Source: Octopus bimaculoides | Lineage: Eukaryota | Assembly (NCBI RefSeq): GCF_001194135.2 | Contig: NC_068984.1 | Location: 54,195,543-54,259,542, forward strand | Direction of reading: 5' to 3' | Length of the DNA: 64,000 bases | In this document: positions 27,291 through 40,312 of the stretch, piece by piece | Layout: each line of letters starts with the position of its first letter | Numbering within the stretch: position 1 is the stretch's first letter | Made by a program: the position numbers and the translations under genes | Notes under the pieces: generated by a model | What the model was told of the DNA's origin: nothing | What the model saw: only the letters and a program-made list of their open reading frames with translations | Databases searched by the model: none

Positions 27291-27560
27291 GTGAAGGCAC
27301 GTGGCCTAATGGCTAAGGTATTACAATCACGATCGCAAGATCGTGGTTTCGTTTCCTGGAACAGATGGTGCGTTGTGTTCTTGAGTAAAACACTTCATTT
27401 CACGTTGCTCTGCGATCACTACGACATCTGACGTGTGGCACACAGTTTACATGTAGAGGCAATGTCGATTTGATGGAGGAAGTAAGTCATTGTACAGCAC
27501 AAACATTTAATCACTATAAACAAATCATTTGTGCTGGTTGTTCGGCAAAAAATTTGCAAC
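27291..27560 (+). mobile_element. SINE family F (A2-type head, different 3' body)
   Basis: gtgaaggcacgtggcc..ttgagtaaaacacttcatttcacgttgctctgcgatcac..gcaatgtcgatttgatggag; related copies at ~12365-12530 (+) and ~36430-36681 (-). Confidence 0.75.
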
Positions 27561-27930
27561 TGGCTGGATTCATATCACCCCGCTTCACACATTCCCATTC
27601 CTCTGGTCTTTCCGTTTCACGTCAATCTTATACCCAAACACCTAATCCTACCTTCTTAGAATGTTGATCTACAATTCTTTCCATGCTCATATCTTTTCCG
27701 CATGCGTTGACTTACGAAGGCTTATAAGAAATACTTATGGCATAGATCTCACCAGTTTAGGAGGATTTGTAATGACCATGCGCACTACCCCTTCCTCTAG
27801 ATCCAGCAAGTAAAAAGTGGGGACCCTTTGTCATAGCGAAATTTATCAAACTAGGAATTACAATAGCGTACTACGATTTTAACGACAGGTTGCAAACCTT
27901 TGAACATCCGAACATTTAATGTTCTTTATC

Positions 27931-28178
27931 TACATTATTTACATTTGACGGATAATTGTCCTCATCTTGTTTGTTGTTAACACAACGTTTTGGCTGATAT
28001 ACCCACTAGCCTTCATCAGGTGTCTTGGTGAAATTTCGAACCTGAGTTCTCATTCCTAAGGTATTTTTCGATGTTGTTGTTGTTGTTATTATTATTATTA
28101 TTATTATTCAGGTCACTGCCTGGAATCGAACTCGGAATCTTGTTAGTAGCCCGCGCTCTTAACCACTACGCCATATGC
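27931..28178 (-). mobile_element. tRNA-headed, hammerhead-bearing short element, decayed copy
   Basis: A box TGGCGTAGTGG, B box GAGTTCGATTCC, (AAT/AAC)n, then GACAC-CTGATGA-..-CAGCC-AAAA-CGTT-GTGTT (core G12 changed to A). Confidence 0.85.
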
Positions 28179-29074
28179 TGTGTAAATAACGTAAATGATG
28201 TACATAATTCCTCATCTCTTAAATATAGAACTGTATTATCTAATGTTCTGTTTATAGCTGGTCATTATTTTGTTTAGGCATTGTGACACTAATAACCTGG
28301 TGTAGAACTCAATATACATATGCTTCAGAATGAAGCGTTAGTCGAATATAGAGCGGTAATAAGAAAAAGAGATGATAAAGGAATAAACGATTATCTTATG
28401 ATAACATTGCAATTCCTCCTAGAGCTATAAGCTAATGAAGTTCATAAGGTAACCGTTTATTCCTTTTTCATGTCTTTCTCTTATTATATTGTGTGTGTGT
28501 GTGTGTGAGTGAGCTAGAGAGAGAAGGGGGGGATAAACACAAGAAAGAGACAATATCTGAGAAAGAAAAACAAATTAAATACGGTAAATTTATTGACAAT
28601 GATTACCTTTGAACTTCTATTACGATAGGAAAATTCTTCTGAGCAGATCTCCATATATTAGTTTCGGGAAAGGATTTATTTTCGTGTAATGTTTTCAGAT
28701 ACAGTGGAATCTCCATCAGTTGATCACTTTTCAGAACTAGATTAGATGCTAGCATTTAACAAATCTGGTATCTATTGGCAATACTTGTTCCAGCTATCTG
28801 TCCGTTTATCGATGTAGGATCACTTTCCCTTCTGTGTTTAACATCTTATTTCATCGGACATCTGATGAAACAAGATATCGATTTTTTTTTCGGACAGTAA
28901 GCTGCACATTTAAAATGAATGAAACTGAAGTCGCATGCCTATCTTACTCAATTGGTATTAACACTGTATGTGAAATGCATTGGTTTCAGTTATTTATCAA
29001 AAGCTGAATTGTGAACAATTCGTAACAATTAAAATCATCACAGAGTAGAAAAGGATATTATATCCTTTTCTACT

Positions 29075-29240
29075 CTAGGCAGAAGGCCCGAAATTTTGGG
29101 GGAGTGGGTCAGTCGATTAGATCGACCCCAGTACGCAACAGGTACTAACGAAAGGCGGAATTTGAAATCAGAACGTAAAGACAGACGAAATATTGCTAAG
29201 CATTTCGCCCGCGTGCAACGTTTCTGCCAGCTCGCCGCCT
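29075..29240 (-). mobile_element. SINE family C, internally deleted
   Basis: ggcggaatttgaaatcagaacgtaaagacagacgaaat..gctaagcatttcgccc. Confidence 0.75.
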
Positions 29241-29539
29241 TACAGAAACTTAATACTAATTTCTTCCTTTCATGTTGTTGCTAACTAGGCACAATGACGG
29301 CTTGAAGGAAACTTAGCTGCTATCTCAAGCAAATCGAACAACTGCTTAGAGCAGAGATTCTCAGTTTTTTCAATACCAAGAACTCCTTTTAAATAAATGA
29401 ATTTCACTGCGAACCACCGGCTTTTGAAATAGCTACCAACTCAATAAGCCGCTTCCTTTGCCTAACAACGAATTCGTTTTCCCAGTTTCATTATTCATTT
29501 GAAAGATACATGTAACTTAGTAATTATTCATTTTACACG

Positions 29540-29725
29540 TCACTTTCGGGGAAGTGGGTAAGTCGATCACATCGACTTTAGTGCTCAACTAGTACTTATT
29601 TTATCGATTCCGGGGGTGAAAGGCAAAATTGATCACGGCTGAATTTGAACTCAGAACGTAAGACAGACAAAATGCTTAACGGCATTTTGTCCGGTGTGCT
29701 AAAGATTCTGCCAGCTCACCACTCT
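29540..29725 (-). mobile_element. SINE family C
   Basis: aagtcgatcacatcgac..gtacttattttatcga..aaggcaaa..gaatttgaactcagaacgta. Confidence 0.75.
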
Positions 29726-29744
29726 AAGGTGGGGCAGAAATATT

Positions 29745-29838
29745 GATTTCAAATTTTGGCACGAGGCCAGCAATTCCAGGGGAGGGGTAAGTCGATTACA
29801 TCGACCCCATTGCTCAACTGGTACTTATTTTATCGACC
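29745..29838 (-). mobile_element. 5'-truncated SINE family C with 19-bp TSD
   Basis: aaggtgg(g/a)cagaaatatt-type duplication at 29726-29744 and 29839-29857 (18/19 identical). Confidence 0.8.
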
Positions 29839-31306
29839 AAGGTGGGACAGAAATATTAAGCAATATCATGTATAATGCTCTACAACTCTGGCTATCTATC
29901 TGCATTGCTATCTGCACCTACCTGATGACATTAATAAGCCGTTGATTCATGCGGTTGACTTCTCTCAATTAACAGTAAATTAAATGTTAACAACCAAGCT
30001 GTTGAAAATGTAACAACTGTCTATGGAATGATGGGATGTTAAAATATATACCATAATTTCTGATCTGAGCAGACAGGTCACACGTATTTGTAGAGGAAGT
30101 GCGGAGCTAATTTAATTGACCCTGTAAGCAGAATGACACGTTTTATCGATCCTTCAAGGTTGTCTTTTGTTGTTTAGCTCTTGGACAAACATAATCCAGA
30201 ATACCTATAAACAAAGAAATTATAGCCATGACCATCCCGTCGTTTGTGACATAGTTTATCTCAGACTGTATTATCCAATAAGCCTTTCCTTTTTCAAAGG
30301 CGGCTGAGGGTTATCTTAAAGAGAGATTTTGCTGCTATTTCTGACAGATCGATTGACTACATAGAAGCTCTGTTTGTTGGTTTGTTCATTTCTCTGAAAA
30401 GTGAAGATGAAAAGTAGAATTTGAAAGCAGAACGTAAAGGAATGTATTTGTCTAATCATTTAATTCGCTAGTTTGCTCTGTCTGACTTCTGGCGACCTTA
30501 TAAAATACTACATAATGAAAGTCAGTGAAAGGTCCCTCCTACGCTGTCGTTTTGTCAGAATCAAAAGCTAAATGTGCCACACACCACACATTACTTTCTT
30601 AAAGAAAAGACGAACATATTGGATAATGTAGTCTGGCAGGTGCAGTTACAAAAAAAAGTGCTTACAGGTGCAATGTTCATAGATCTGCTTCTTTAAAATT
30701 GACCACCATTTAAAGAACAAAAACTACATTAAAAAAATTGGTTAGAAACAGTAGTGAAATCTCCCTCACAGTCACACCCTCAAATCGCCAAAAGAGGGAA
30801 GAATGCTCTGGATAATGTAAAAGACAAACTGCATCGAAATTAAAGATACGAGATGCTTATTATGGCTGCAAGCTTTTGTATATATATCTAGTGGGCCAAG
30901 GCTAGAAAGAACATTCTTATTTCGGCATAAGGGTAGCCATTTAGTGATGAGGTGAGTATTCGATACGACCGACTCCAGTATTTTACTGGTATTTTATTTT
31001 ATCACCGAAAGTATGCAAGGCAAAGCTGACTTCGGCAAGATGTTGGATTCAGAGCGGAAACATCCAGAATGAATGCCGCAAAGTGTTCTTTCTCGAGGCT
31101 CTGACGATTCTGCCAACTCAATATAAATATTTGTGCAATGATTAGAGACAGTTGTTTGGCTGTGAGTAGGTTGTGTTTTTGTCATTTGAACATGTGAGGG
31201 TGGCGATGAAATTTGTGAATCGGAAGTAGCAGTGTAAATGAAATAGTTTAAAAACCAAGACGATGACACAACACTCACAGCACAACTTATTGATAATTTG
31301 GTATAT

Positions 31307-31495
31307 GGCACTCTGTCGGTTTTGATGACGTGGGTCCTAGTTGATCCGATCAACGGAACAGCCTGCTCGTGAATTTAACGCGTAAGTGGCTGAGCACTCC
31401 ACAAACACACGTACTCTTAACGTAGTTCTGAGGGAGATTTAGCATGACACAGAGTGTGACAAGGCTGGCCCTTTGAATTATAGGTACACCTCATT
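31307..31495 (-). mobile_element. 3' body of SINE family A/A2
   Basis: gttgatccgatcaacggaacagcctgctcgtga..gtggctgagcactccac..gtgtgacaaggctggccctttgaa. Confidence 0.8.
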
Positions 31496-32951
31496 TCCGA
31501 GCCTAGCTTTGCTTTTTCTCTTTTTGGGTCGATAAAATAAAATTGTGGTCAAGCACCGGGGTCGATGGTAACAACTGACACCCTCCTTTCAAATTTTCTG
31601 GCGCTTTACTTGAACCAGAAACCACCTCCCTCGTCATTTTCCGGGGCAGCACCTTTTTCACTTTGTCTATGGGGACCATTCACTTTGTTTACTGGAACCA
31701 TTCACTTAATCTACTGGTCTGAATTACAGGAAATTGTACGTTCCGATCCTTAATGTGAAGTTACCTCATATAAATTGCTCTCGCTTCCAAATTCATATTG
31801 TAAACAAACAATCATATATCTTCCCGGTCAGGCATGACAGCAGCAGCAATACTATATTGTTGCGTTCCAAAAGTTTTCGTATTTAATTAAGAAATTAGGA
31901 TTTAAATCACAGAATGTTGTAGAAAGGATATCGATTTGTTTAGCTGAAGTTAGTAACCAGTGACTGATAATTTATCTAGAGAAATATTATCTTGAGTTAT
32001 GGAAGTGCTTACTGATATGTAACGCAATTTCCTTTGCTCTTGGCCTGGGATTTAATGAAAGGAAATTTAATTAATGAAGTTGCATGTTTTATTTCGAATG
32101 TCTCACTGAAAGAATTATAACAAGACAACACACTAGAATATAACTGAACGTTTTATATATCTGTCTTATTTGTTCAACCATTGAAGAATTTCAACGTCTA
32201 CGCATGATATAATGAGGAAACGTTTGAGAAAGCGATGGGGTGAACTATGTCCAGATTTACACAGGATGATATTCTGCCCAGTGACGAATCTTCTACGTTA
32301 TTGGGTGATAGGAGGTATCATGAAGTATATCTTGGGTTGTTATTGATTTTTTCCAGATCAGTCCTGATTGAGCAGATCCATGATCAAAATATTCCAACCA
32401 ACAGTTTATTTGCTTATTTTTCAAGGAGTGTATCTAATAAAGCATTATCCAATGTGTCCCTTCTTATTTGAGACAGCAGAATATGATCTGAAAGAAATAT
32501 GACCGCTATTTTTAGCAGATTGTACAACCGCGTAGGAGCTTCCTCGTTGATTTGTTTATTTCTAGGTGAATCAACCTGGTAGAAGAGTCAAACTCTTCTA
32601 GCTATAATCACAGCAGGAAAAGCATGATGTTTCTACCTTGTGGTATCTATTTTGTGCTAGACTGATCATTAACAGCTAACTGTTTTAGTCTGAATAACTG
32701 TCGCTAACAGGATGCAAACTGATCTTCAAGGCAGGTTGTTTGGCGCTGTTCACTCGGGAGTATATAGGATAGATGTTTAATGAACCTCGAACTTCAATGT
32801 GTTGAGTGACCGAAAGATATTACTGGATAGAAATGGCAATAACCAGAAATTTTTACCCAGCGGAAGAATTGTAAAGCATCTAAACGTCAACATAGATCTT
32901 TTTGCTGTTAAATGAGATAAACTGCGCTCATTCACCGTACTAGTTGACCAC

Positions 32952-33034
32952 AAGATGAAATAGAATGGAAAATTTTCTGTAATATATGCTATAAGATGAA
33001 ATAGAATGGAAAATTTTCTGTAATATATGCTATA
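32952..33034. repeat. 41-bp tandem duplication
   Basis: aagatgaaatagaatggaaaattttctgtaatatatgctat x2. Confidence 0.9.
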
Positions 33035-36000
33035 ATTCTTTCTACTATAGGCACGAGGCTTGAAATTTTAGTGAGAAGTTTTAGACGATTACATCAACCC
33101 TAATGCTTAACTGGTTATTTATTTCATTGATCTTGAAAGAAAGGAAGGCAAAGTCGACCTTGGTGGCATTTAAACTCAGAACGTAAAGCTAGTGGAAATG
33201 TCGCTAAGCATTTTGTATGATGTACTACAGCACAGCACTAACAATAGGGTGTGAGCAGCAGATCCTTACGAGCTGCAGTCCTATATTCTAATAGTTCAGC
33301 AAGCTGCTGGCTTATATGGTACAACTTGATGCTACAGAGTTATTGTTTAGAATCAGCAGTGATTAGAATTGTCATTGTTGAGAATTATCATGGCAGAAAA
33401 TTGATCTCCATAAAATCACTGCGAAAGAAGAATATCAAGTAGAGCATTAATAATTTGAACGTTAAGTAGTTATCTGATGTGTGTGTGTGTGTGTGTGTTT
33501 GTGTGCATAAAAATCAGTCATGAGAGCAGTGCAGCCAGGAATATTAAAAGGTCTATATTTGAAATATACTCGACAAAATCGATTGTATGTAGAAACTCTG
33601 TATATTATTAGCATGAAATAAAAGATATCAGCAGACGGTTAATGCTTGGGTTAAATATTTTAAGTAAGGCTATAGTTTTTAAATTGTATTTTGCTTTCTT
33701 AAATAGCAGCCGGTCGGTTTTTATTAGAAAGGTGTATTTTTGAAGGTTTAGTCAACTTTCATGATTTCCACAGTCCTTACCAGATTTTCCGAGACTGGTG
33801 AGATAGATACAGTTGATGCGAGTGGGAGGGATTTTCACGAGATTGTCATAGGGGGGAAGGATTGGAGAAAATAGTGATTAGTGCAGGAGCTGTGGTGTGA
33901 CGCACAGTATAAGTGATCTAAGTGAATTTGTTATAGAACAAATGACAAATTAGTTTAAAGGAGTGGAGGTAGCTGTGGTAACGATATAACAAGCAAGAGA
34001 GAGAGAGGGGGGGAGAAGGAGGGTCTTAGGCTGCAGAATGTGCTAATCAACTAGTTAATCTTTTTTGATGTGACCTAGTATATTTGTGTATGTAAAAGGA
34101 ACACGCTCCCTGTGTGGGTCTTACTTGGGTTTGTAGACAGTCTCAGCTGATTACAGTGCTTTTACAAGCAGGAGTGATATCTAGAGAACCATCTTCGTAG
34201 GAAAATGGTGGCTAGGAAGATTCTTCAATGTTAGTATAGGTCTTGAGAAAAGGACCTGAAAACCTGGCTACAATTTGGGGGACAACTGCCTTATCATACT
34301 ATACGATGCACGAAAGCACCTTTTCTTCTCTAATGGCAGCCTTATAAGCGTTACTGTAGTGAGTAAATGTCTTTTATTCATGATGGTGGAAATTACTTTA
34401 ATGTGTCTTTCGTTTGAACCAACACATTCAAGTGCAAGTCAGCCGTTTGGTGATGTGGAATTTGGTTGGGCGAAAAATGTCGAGGGACATGCCTGGGAAG
34501 ATAGTATTTAACAGAAAAAAGTAGGAAACGTACAACTGGCAGGATTTCGACAATTCAGCCAATGAGGAAGCCTGTACGTGGTCGTTCCTGTAAGAAGTAG
34601 TAGCCACATCTTCCTCAACTTACACTGTATAATATTAGAGAAACATTCTATATTGTTTATTTCGGGGTGAAAAACAGATGGGACGTTCACGGTTGATTAG
34701 AGGTTTGTCACGTCAGATTTAACTAATTGCAATTAGTTATCTGTCTTATAAACCTCAATTTAGGAAACTGGAGCTGTTGAGTAGTAAGGATACTTGAAGC
34801 AAATTGCCTTAAGTGGTGGTCAGTAATGGGTCTGCAACACCTAGTTCTGTCATGGCACCCAGAAAAAATTATCAATAAGGCAAGTTGGTTGGAGTAATAC
34901 CTTCAACAATAATAATCAGTAAAATTGAGCACAATAAGACCACTTATAAACAATGCTCATTTATAGTTCTCACACCTCTTTACAACTATCACAAATTTGT
35001 TAAGAATGCTTCCAAAATACCTTTCTCTACATCCAATAATAAGAGATTAATACTGATTTTTTTACACAGGGATAAGACCACATTTTGGTGGGGGCAGTCG
35101 ATTATAGCGAATCCAGTACACATCTGTTAGTTTAAGTACAACGATTCCAGAAGAATTAAAGGCAAAATTGACCTCCGTAGGACTTGAATTCAGAACGTAA
35201 AAAGCCATAACAAAATAACTAAAGGCATTTATTTTGTCCCTCAGGGCATTTATTTTTAACTCGTCTGCTAATTCAAATATCAACTGAAGTAATGTATTTC
35301 ACAGTGGAAATTACAGTAGTATATTGATAACAGAAGAACTACATGAATACAATTATGCTAGAATCTGTTTGCTGTAAAATAGATCGCTAATGCATGACGT
35401 GTCACAACAGTTTTTCATATCCTTTATTGTGTATGTCCGGTATAATTATGTCCTGGTCGTTGTTCATGCTTTCTGTTTGTTTATATATGTATCTGCATAT
35501 CTCAGTGTGCCTGTGCGCGCGCGTCAATGTCCTGACTATATACTACTTCTGAAATACTGTATTTTTGTTCTTGTTAAATATATCATAAATATTCATCGGA
35601 ATATTGACATTTTAATATGTTCACCTTGTTTTTCTTGTTATTTATCTCCTCTAAGCATATACAAAATCAGTAATTAGAAAGAAACAAACAAAAAAAAAAA
35701 AAANNNNNNNNNNNNNNNNNNNNNNNNNNNNNNNNNNNNNNNNNNNNNNNNNNNNNNNNNNNNNNNNNNNNNNNNNNNNNNNNNNNNNNNNNNNNNNNNN
35801 NNNNNNNNNNNNNNNNNNNNNNNNNNNNNNNNNNNNNNNNNNNNNNNNNNNNNNNNNNNNNNNNNNNNNNNNNNNNNNNNNNNNNNNNNNNNNNNNNNNN
35901 NNNNNNNNNNNNNNNNNNNNNNNNNNNNNNNNNNNNNNNNNNNNNNNNNNNNNNNNNNNNNNNNNNNNNNNNNNNNNNNNNNNNNNNNNNNNNNNNNNNN

Positions 36001-36220
36001 NNNNNNNNNNNNNNNNNNNNNNNNNNNNNNNNNNNNNNNNNNNNNNNNNNNNNNNNNNNNNNNNNNNNNNNNNNNNNNNNNNNNNNNNNNNNNNNNNNNN
36101 NNNNNNNNNNNNNNNNNNNNNNNNNNNNNNNNNNNNNNNNNNNNNNNATATATATATATATAATACATTATACAAGAGTGGTGACAGTGATTTCAGTGTC
36201 GGCTTACTACCTTTTATCGG

Positions 36221-36265
36221 ACTGTCTGGTGTAGGCTAGCAGGCCGAAACTTCGAAGTCACTCTC
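36221..36265 (+). ncRNA. Degenerate hammerhead ribozyme-like motif
   Basis: CTGGTGT (CUGAUGA with 2 changes), A, GGCT agca GGCC, GAAA, CTTCGAAG, TC; palindromic stem III ending in a GUC triplet. Confidence 0.45.
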
Positions 36266-36946
36266 ACCATTCTTCTTCAAAAAGTATAATAAATTTGTAC
36301 TCCACAAATAATATTGAGTAAGCCTTCAGATTAATGTAAAATTATTTTTATTATAACACGACAATAGCAAACATTAATATAATAATAGTACTGGACTCTT
36401 CCGTCGAAGACGACGTATGAGTGTTTAGTTTTTGTCGAACGACCTGCACAAATGATCTGTTTATAGTGATCAAAAGTATGTACTGTTCATTAGCTTACTC
36501 CCTCCATCAAATCGACGTTACCTGAACAAATGCACGGTGTAATACAGGTCAGGTGTAGAAGTGATCGCAAAGTAACGTGTAATGAAGTGTTTTGCTCAAG
36601 AGCACAACGCACCACCCGGTCTAAGAATTGAAACCATGATCGTGAATGCAACACCCCTAACCAATAGGCCACACGTCCTCATAATAATGTAAAGAATGAT
36701 TATAATAATAACTACAATAATAATAAAAGAGGATTGAATGGATTATTTGGTATACCTATAAAAGTTTCAATTATAGATTGTAACATAACATCGTACAGGC
36801 AGGTATATAAAATGCACAATATCTGTATGACTGTGCAAAATCTTCAGGTTATACCATAGGGTATTGACATGCCTCTATGTTGAAGAACATATGTGTGTGT
36901 GTGTGTACAAATGTTTGTTTTATGTATGTATGTATGTATATATGTA

Positions 36947-38159
36947 CAAGGAGGTGCTAAAAAGTTCCTGGCTTTAAGAGTATCGCGAAAGAGTAGAGCT
37001 GTTACCTTTTCAAGAGAGGTAGGATAACTATTTAGAAGATATACAAAAAATCATGAAACTATATATCTTTCTCTTTTTTGCAGATTTAACGCATGATAGC
37101 AGCTCCTACAATGGATTTTGGTAAAATGGAAGCACGGGTAGTCGCGAAATCCCTCTTTTTGCAAAGCAAAGGCGCGGCGGAAATCTATCATTCTCCACAG
37201 TGAAAATCTGGGTGTCAAGGTTTCAAACTTGTCATTTCGAAGTCACAGATGAAATCCGGCCAGGACGACCATCTTCCTCGAACACAGGACAAAGCCGACG
37301 CTGTGCACATCCTGGTTCTCGGATTTCAGCTCAAGTTATAGCTGAGACTTTGGGGATTTCCTGCGAAAGAGTTGGCCACATCATCCACAACATTCTGGAC
37401 ATGAGAAAGCTTTCCGCAAAATGGGTGCCGAAGTGCCTGAACGCAGATCAGAAGCGCATCAGAGTTACTACGTCAAAGACGATCTTGGACCGGTTTGCAT
37501 TGGTAGAGGCTGATTTTAGGCTTGTTTAGTCACCATGGATGAAACTTGACTTCATCATTATGATCCCCAGACCAAACAGCAATCAATGGCGTGGCGCTAC
37601 AGCGGTTTACCGCGTCCTAAGAAGTTTAGGACCCAGAAGTCAACTGGAAAGATTCTGGCATTAGTGTTCTGGGACAAAGACGGAATGCTCCTCATAAAAT
37701 ACCTGCTAAAAGGTTGCGTCACCAACGCAGAATACGACAGGTCTCTGTTGGACGAACTGCGTGAAACTTTGAAGCAGAAACGCCTTGGGAAGCTGAGCTT
37801 TGGTGTCCTGTTTTTGTAAGACAGGGCACCAGCACATGAAACTCTACAGAAAATCCATGACCTTCGTTTCGAATAGTAGACCTTACTCTCTGATTTGGAC
37901 CCCTCCGACTATCACCTCTTTCCACAACTGAGGAAACATCTCAAGGGAACGATATTTCACTCCGATTCGGAAATGATCGCTGCTACAGAGGCGTGATTGG
38001 AGGCCCAACCTTCCGAGTTCTTTTTACAGGGCTTAGAAAAAATGAAGGACTGCTGCAATAAGTGTGTAAATCTGAGAGGGGAATATGTTAAATCATAATT
38101 AATTGATTCTCCTGTATTTTATAATACCCAAAGCCAAGAACTTTTCAGCGCACCTCGTG
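36947..38159 (+). mobile_element. Full-length but pseudogenised mariner transposon
   Basis: Imperfect TIRs caaggaggtgctaaaaagttcctggcttt / aaagccaagaacttttcagcgcacctcgtg, TA on the left; WVPKCL, VTMDET*LHHYDP, *DRAPAH, YSSDLDPSDYHLFPQL (D,D,D triad regions); stops and frameshifts. Confidence 0.92.
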
Positions 38160-38436
38160 TGTATGCGCGCGCGCGCGCGTTTCGAAATTATATTTTAATA
38201 GTTGTTTCTTGCTATTTCCTGGTATATATAATTTTGAACTCTTCACAAACTTTGAAGTAAATCCAATTCAAGGAATCAGAATAAACATTTGACTTACTAA
38301 TCGTATAGTGTAATTAATTAAGAAATCTAAAATAAAATAAAACACGAGAAATAATCTGCTGTGCAATTAATTCTTCCTGATCTTTGTGAATATGTATGGG
38401 CCATTGTCCAAACGCTGATCCATCAACTACCACCTA

Positions 38437-38546
<110 letters not shown>

Positions 38547-39319
38547 AAGAAAAGACCTACGCTGAGACAAATCTCATCACTGATGTCTCTCCTCCTCTCT
38601 CTGACATCCCTCTCATGTTAATTTTGCTAGTGCAGAGGCTGAAATCTTTGCCATCTCGAACAGTTTGCATCAATTTGTATGGTGACCGATACTCCATCTT
38701 TCAAAGTACTTTTGATCATTACGTAGTAAATAACATTTGCTCAGTCATCGCCATTTAATATCTTGGCATTGTTTGATCGCTGCCAAGTCAAAATAATTCA
38801 TTTCAAATTTTCCTTCTGTAGAAAAACTCTCCTTAACTTTCTGGCTTTTCAACTAGCTACTGGTCAGAGCTCTGTTAGATCTTTATTTATTACAGTTGGC
38901 GGGGACAGATAGGCTTCACCTGTGATTGTGACAGCTAAGCGAATAACCGAAGACGTTTTCCTAGAATTGCCCCTCGACATTGCTCGAACAATCAATTCTC
39001 GCAACTGCAAAAGTAATCCAGCAATATCGACATAGAACAGCTTGCAAACATTTGGAAGAAGTTACTAATTTCTCAAAAAGTTAATAACTTTCCAAGATGC
39101 AATCGGACTTTCAAGTCTCTACTACCTTTTCCAAACCGGATCACCTAAAGAATCATCGCACCAGACTGCGGGAAGGTGACGATTCTTTAGACAACCGTAG
39201 TTGGTAATATTTTCACGTGGAGTCATTGTGACGTTAGAACTTTGGCAAATTTTTCTATAGACAAAGTGCTTCTGATCGGAAATACCAAACAGGAAATTAT
39301 TTCACGAATAAATCGACCA

Positions 39320-39672
39320 AGGCGTGACTGTGTTGTAAGAAGTTTGCTTCCCAGCCACACGGTTCCGAGTTCAGTCCCACTGCAAGGCACCTTGGGCAAG
39401 TATCTTCTACTATACCCTCGAGCCGATCAAAGTCCTTGTGAAGGAATTTGGCAGACGGAAGCTGAAAGAAGCTTGTTGTATGTCTGTGTGTGTGGTTGAC
39501 AACCGGTGTTGGTATGTTTGCATACCGGTAACTAAGCAGTAAGAGACCGATAAAATAAGTACAAAGCTTCTTAAAATCTAAGTATTGGGGTCTATTCATT
39601 CGGTTAATGTTCTCTAAGGCGGTACCCCAACATGGCTGCAGTCTAATGACTGAAACATGTAAAAGATAAAAG
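39320..39672 (+). mobile_element. SINE family B, degenerate
   Basis: gagttcagtcccactgc..caccttgggcaagt..gactgaaacatgtaaaag. Confidence 0.8.
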
Positions 39673-39684
39673 GTAAGTCTATAA

Positions 39685-39720
<36 letters not shown>

Positions 39721-40168
39721 GTGGAGAAATTGCAAATAGCCGTCTGGTCAACGTTCCCAAGAAAACAATGATTGACTGCTACGGTTTCTAAAGGGAAATC
39801 TGTATTGTGTACCTAAACGGAAATCCAATTATCAAGCAGGCTATAGATTACTGTAGAAACTGTTGAATGTTGCTTCCATAAGCTGAGATATCATCGTGGA
39901 TTTTTATCACACTATATTGTGTTAAGTGTCTGGACGAAATGAACAACAATGCTGTGATTATGTTCAAACCGCGTGAGCCGACGCAGGGTGAATTATTCAG
40001 ATGTTTAAATGGCAGATAGTTCGAACTGCAACTTTTCGTAACGCCCATAGAGAAACATACATCTCGTTACCGAGTTGTATTTGGACCCTAAAGGTTAAAA
40101 ATATCCTCCCTAGCATTAAGTGAAAAATAAACTTTAATTTGACTAATTCTCTTCGAGAATTTTAGACA

Positions 40169-40312
40169 AACATTTCTCCAACCAAAATCTATTTAACAAA
40201 CATTCCTAGCTGTTTTATGCATGTAGGTATAACATCTATAACATTTCTCCAACCAAAATCTGTTTAACAAACATTCCTAGCTGTTTTATGCATGTAGGTA
40301 TAACATCTATAA
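40169..40312. repeat. 71-bp tandem duplication
   Basis: aacatttctccaaccaaaatct(a/g)tttaacaaacattcctagctgttttatgcatgtaggtataacatctat x2, one mismatch. Confidence 0.9.

Noticed and set aside
27570-27900. Minus-strand RTE C-terminal remnant
   Set aside because: Only faint resemblance (SMERIVDQH..); too degraded to call.
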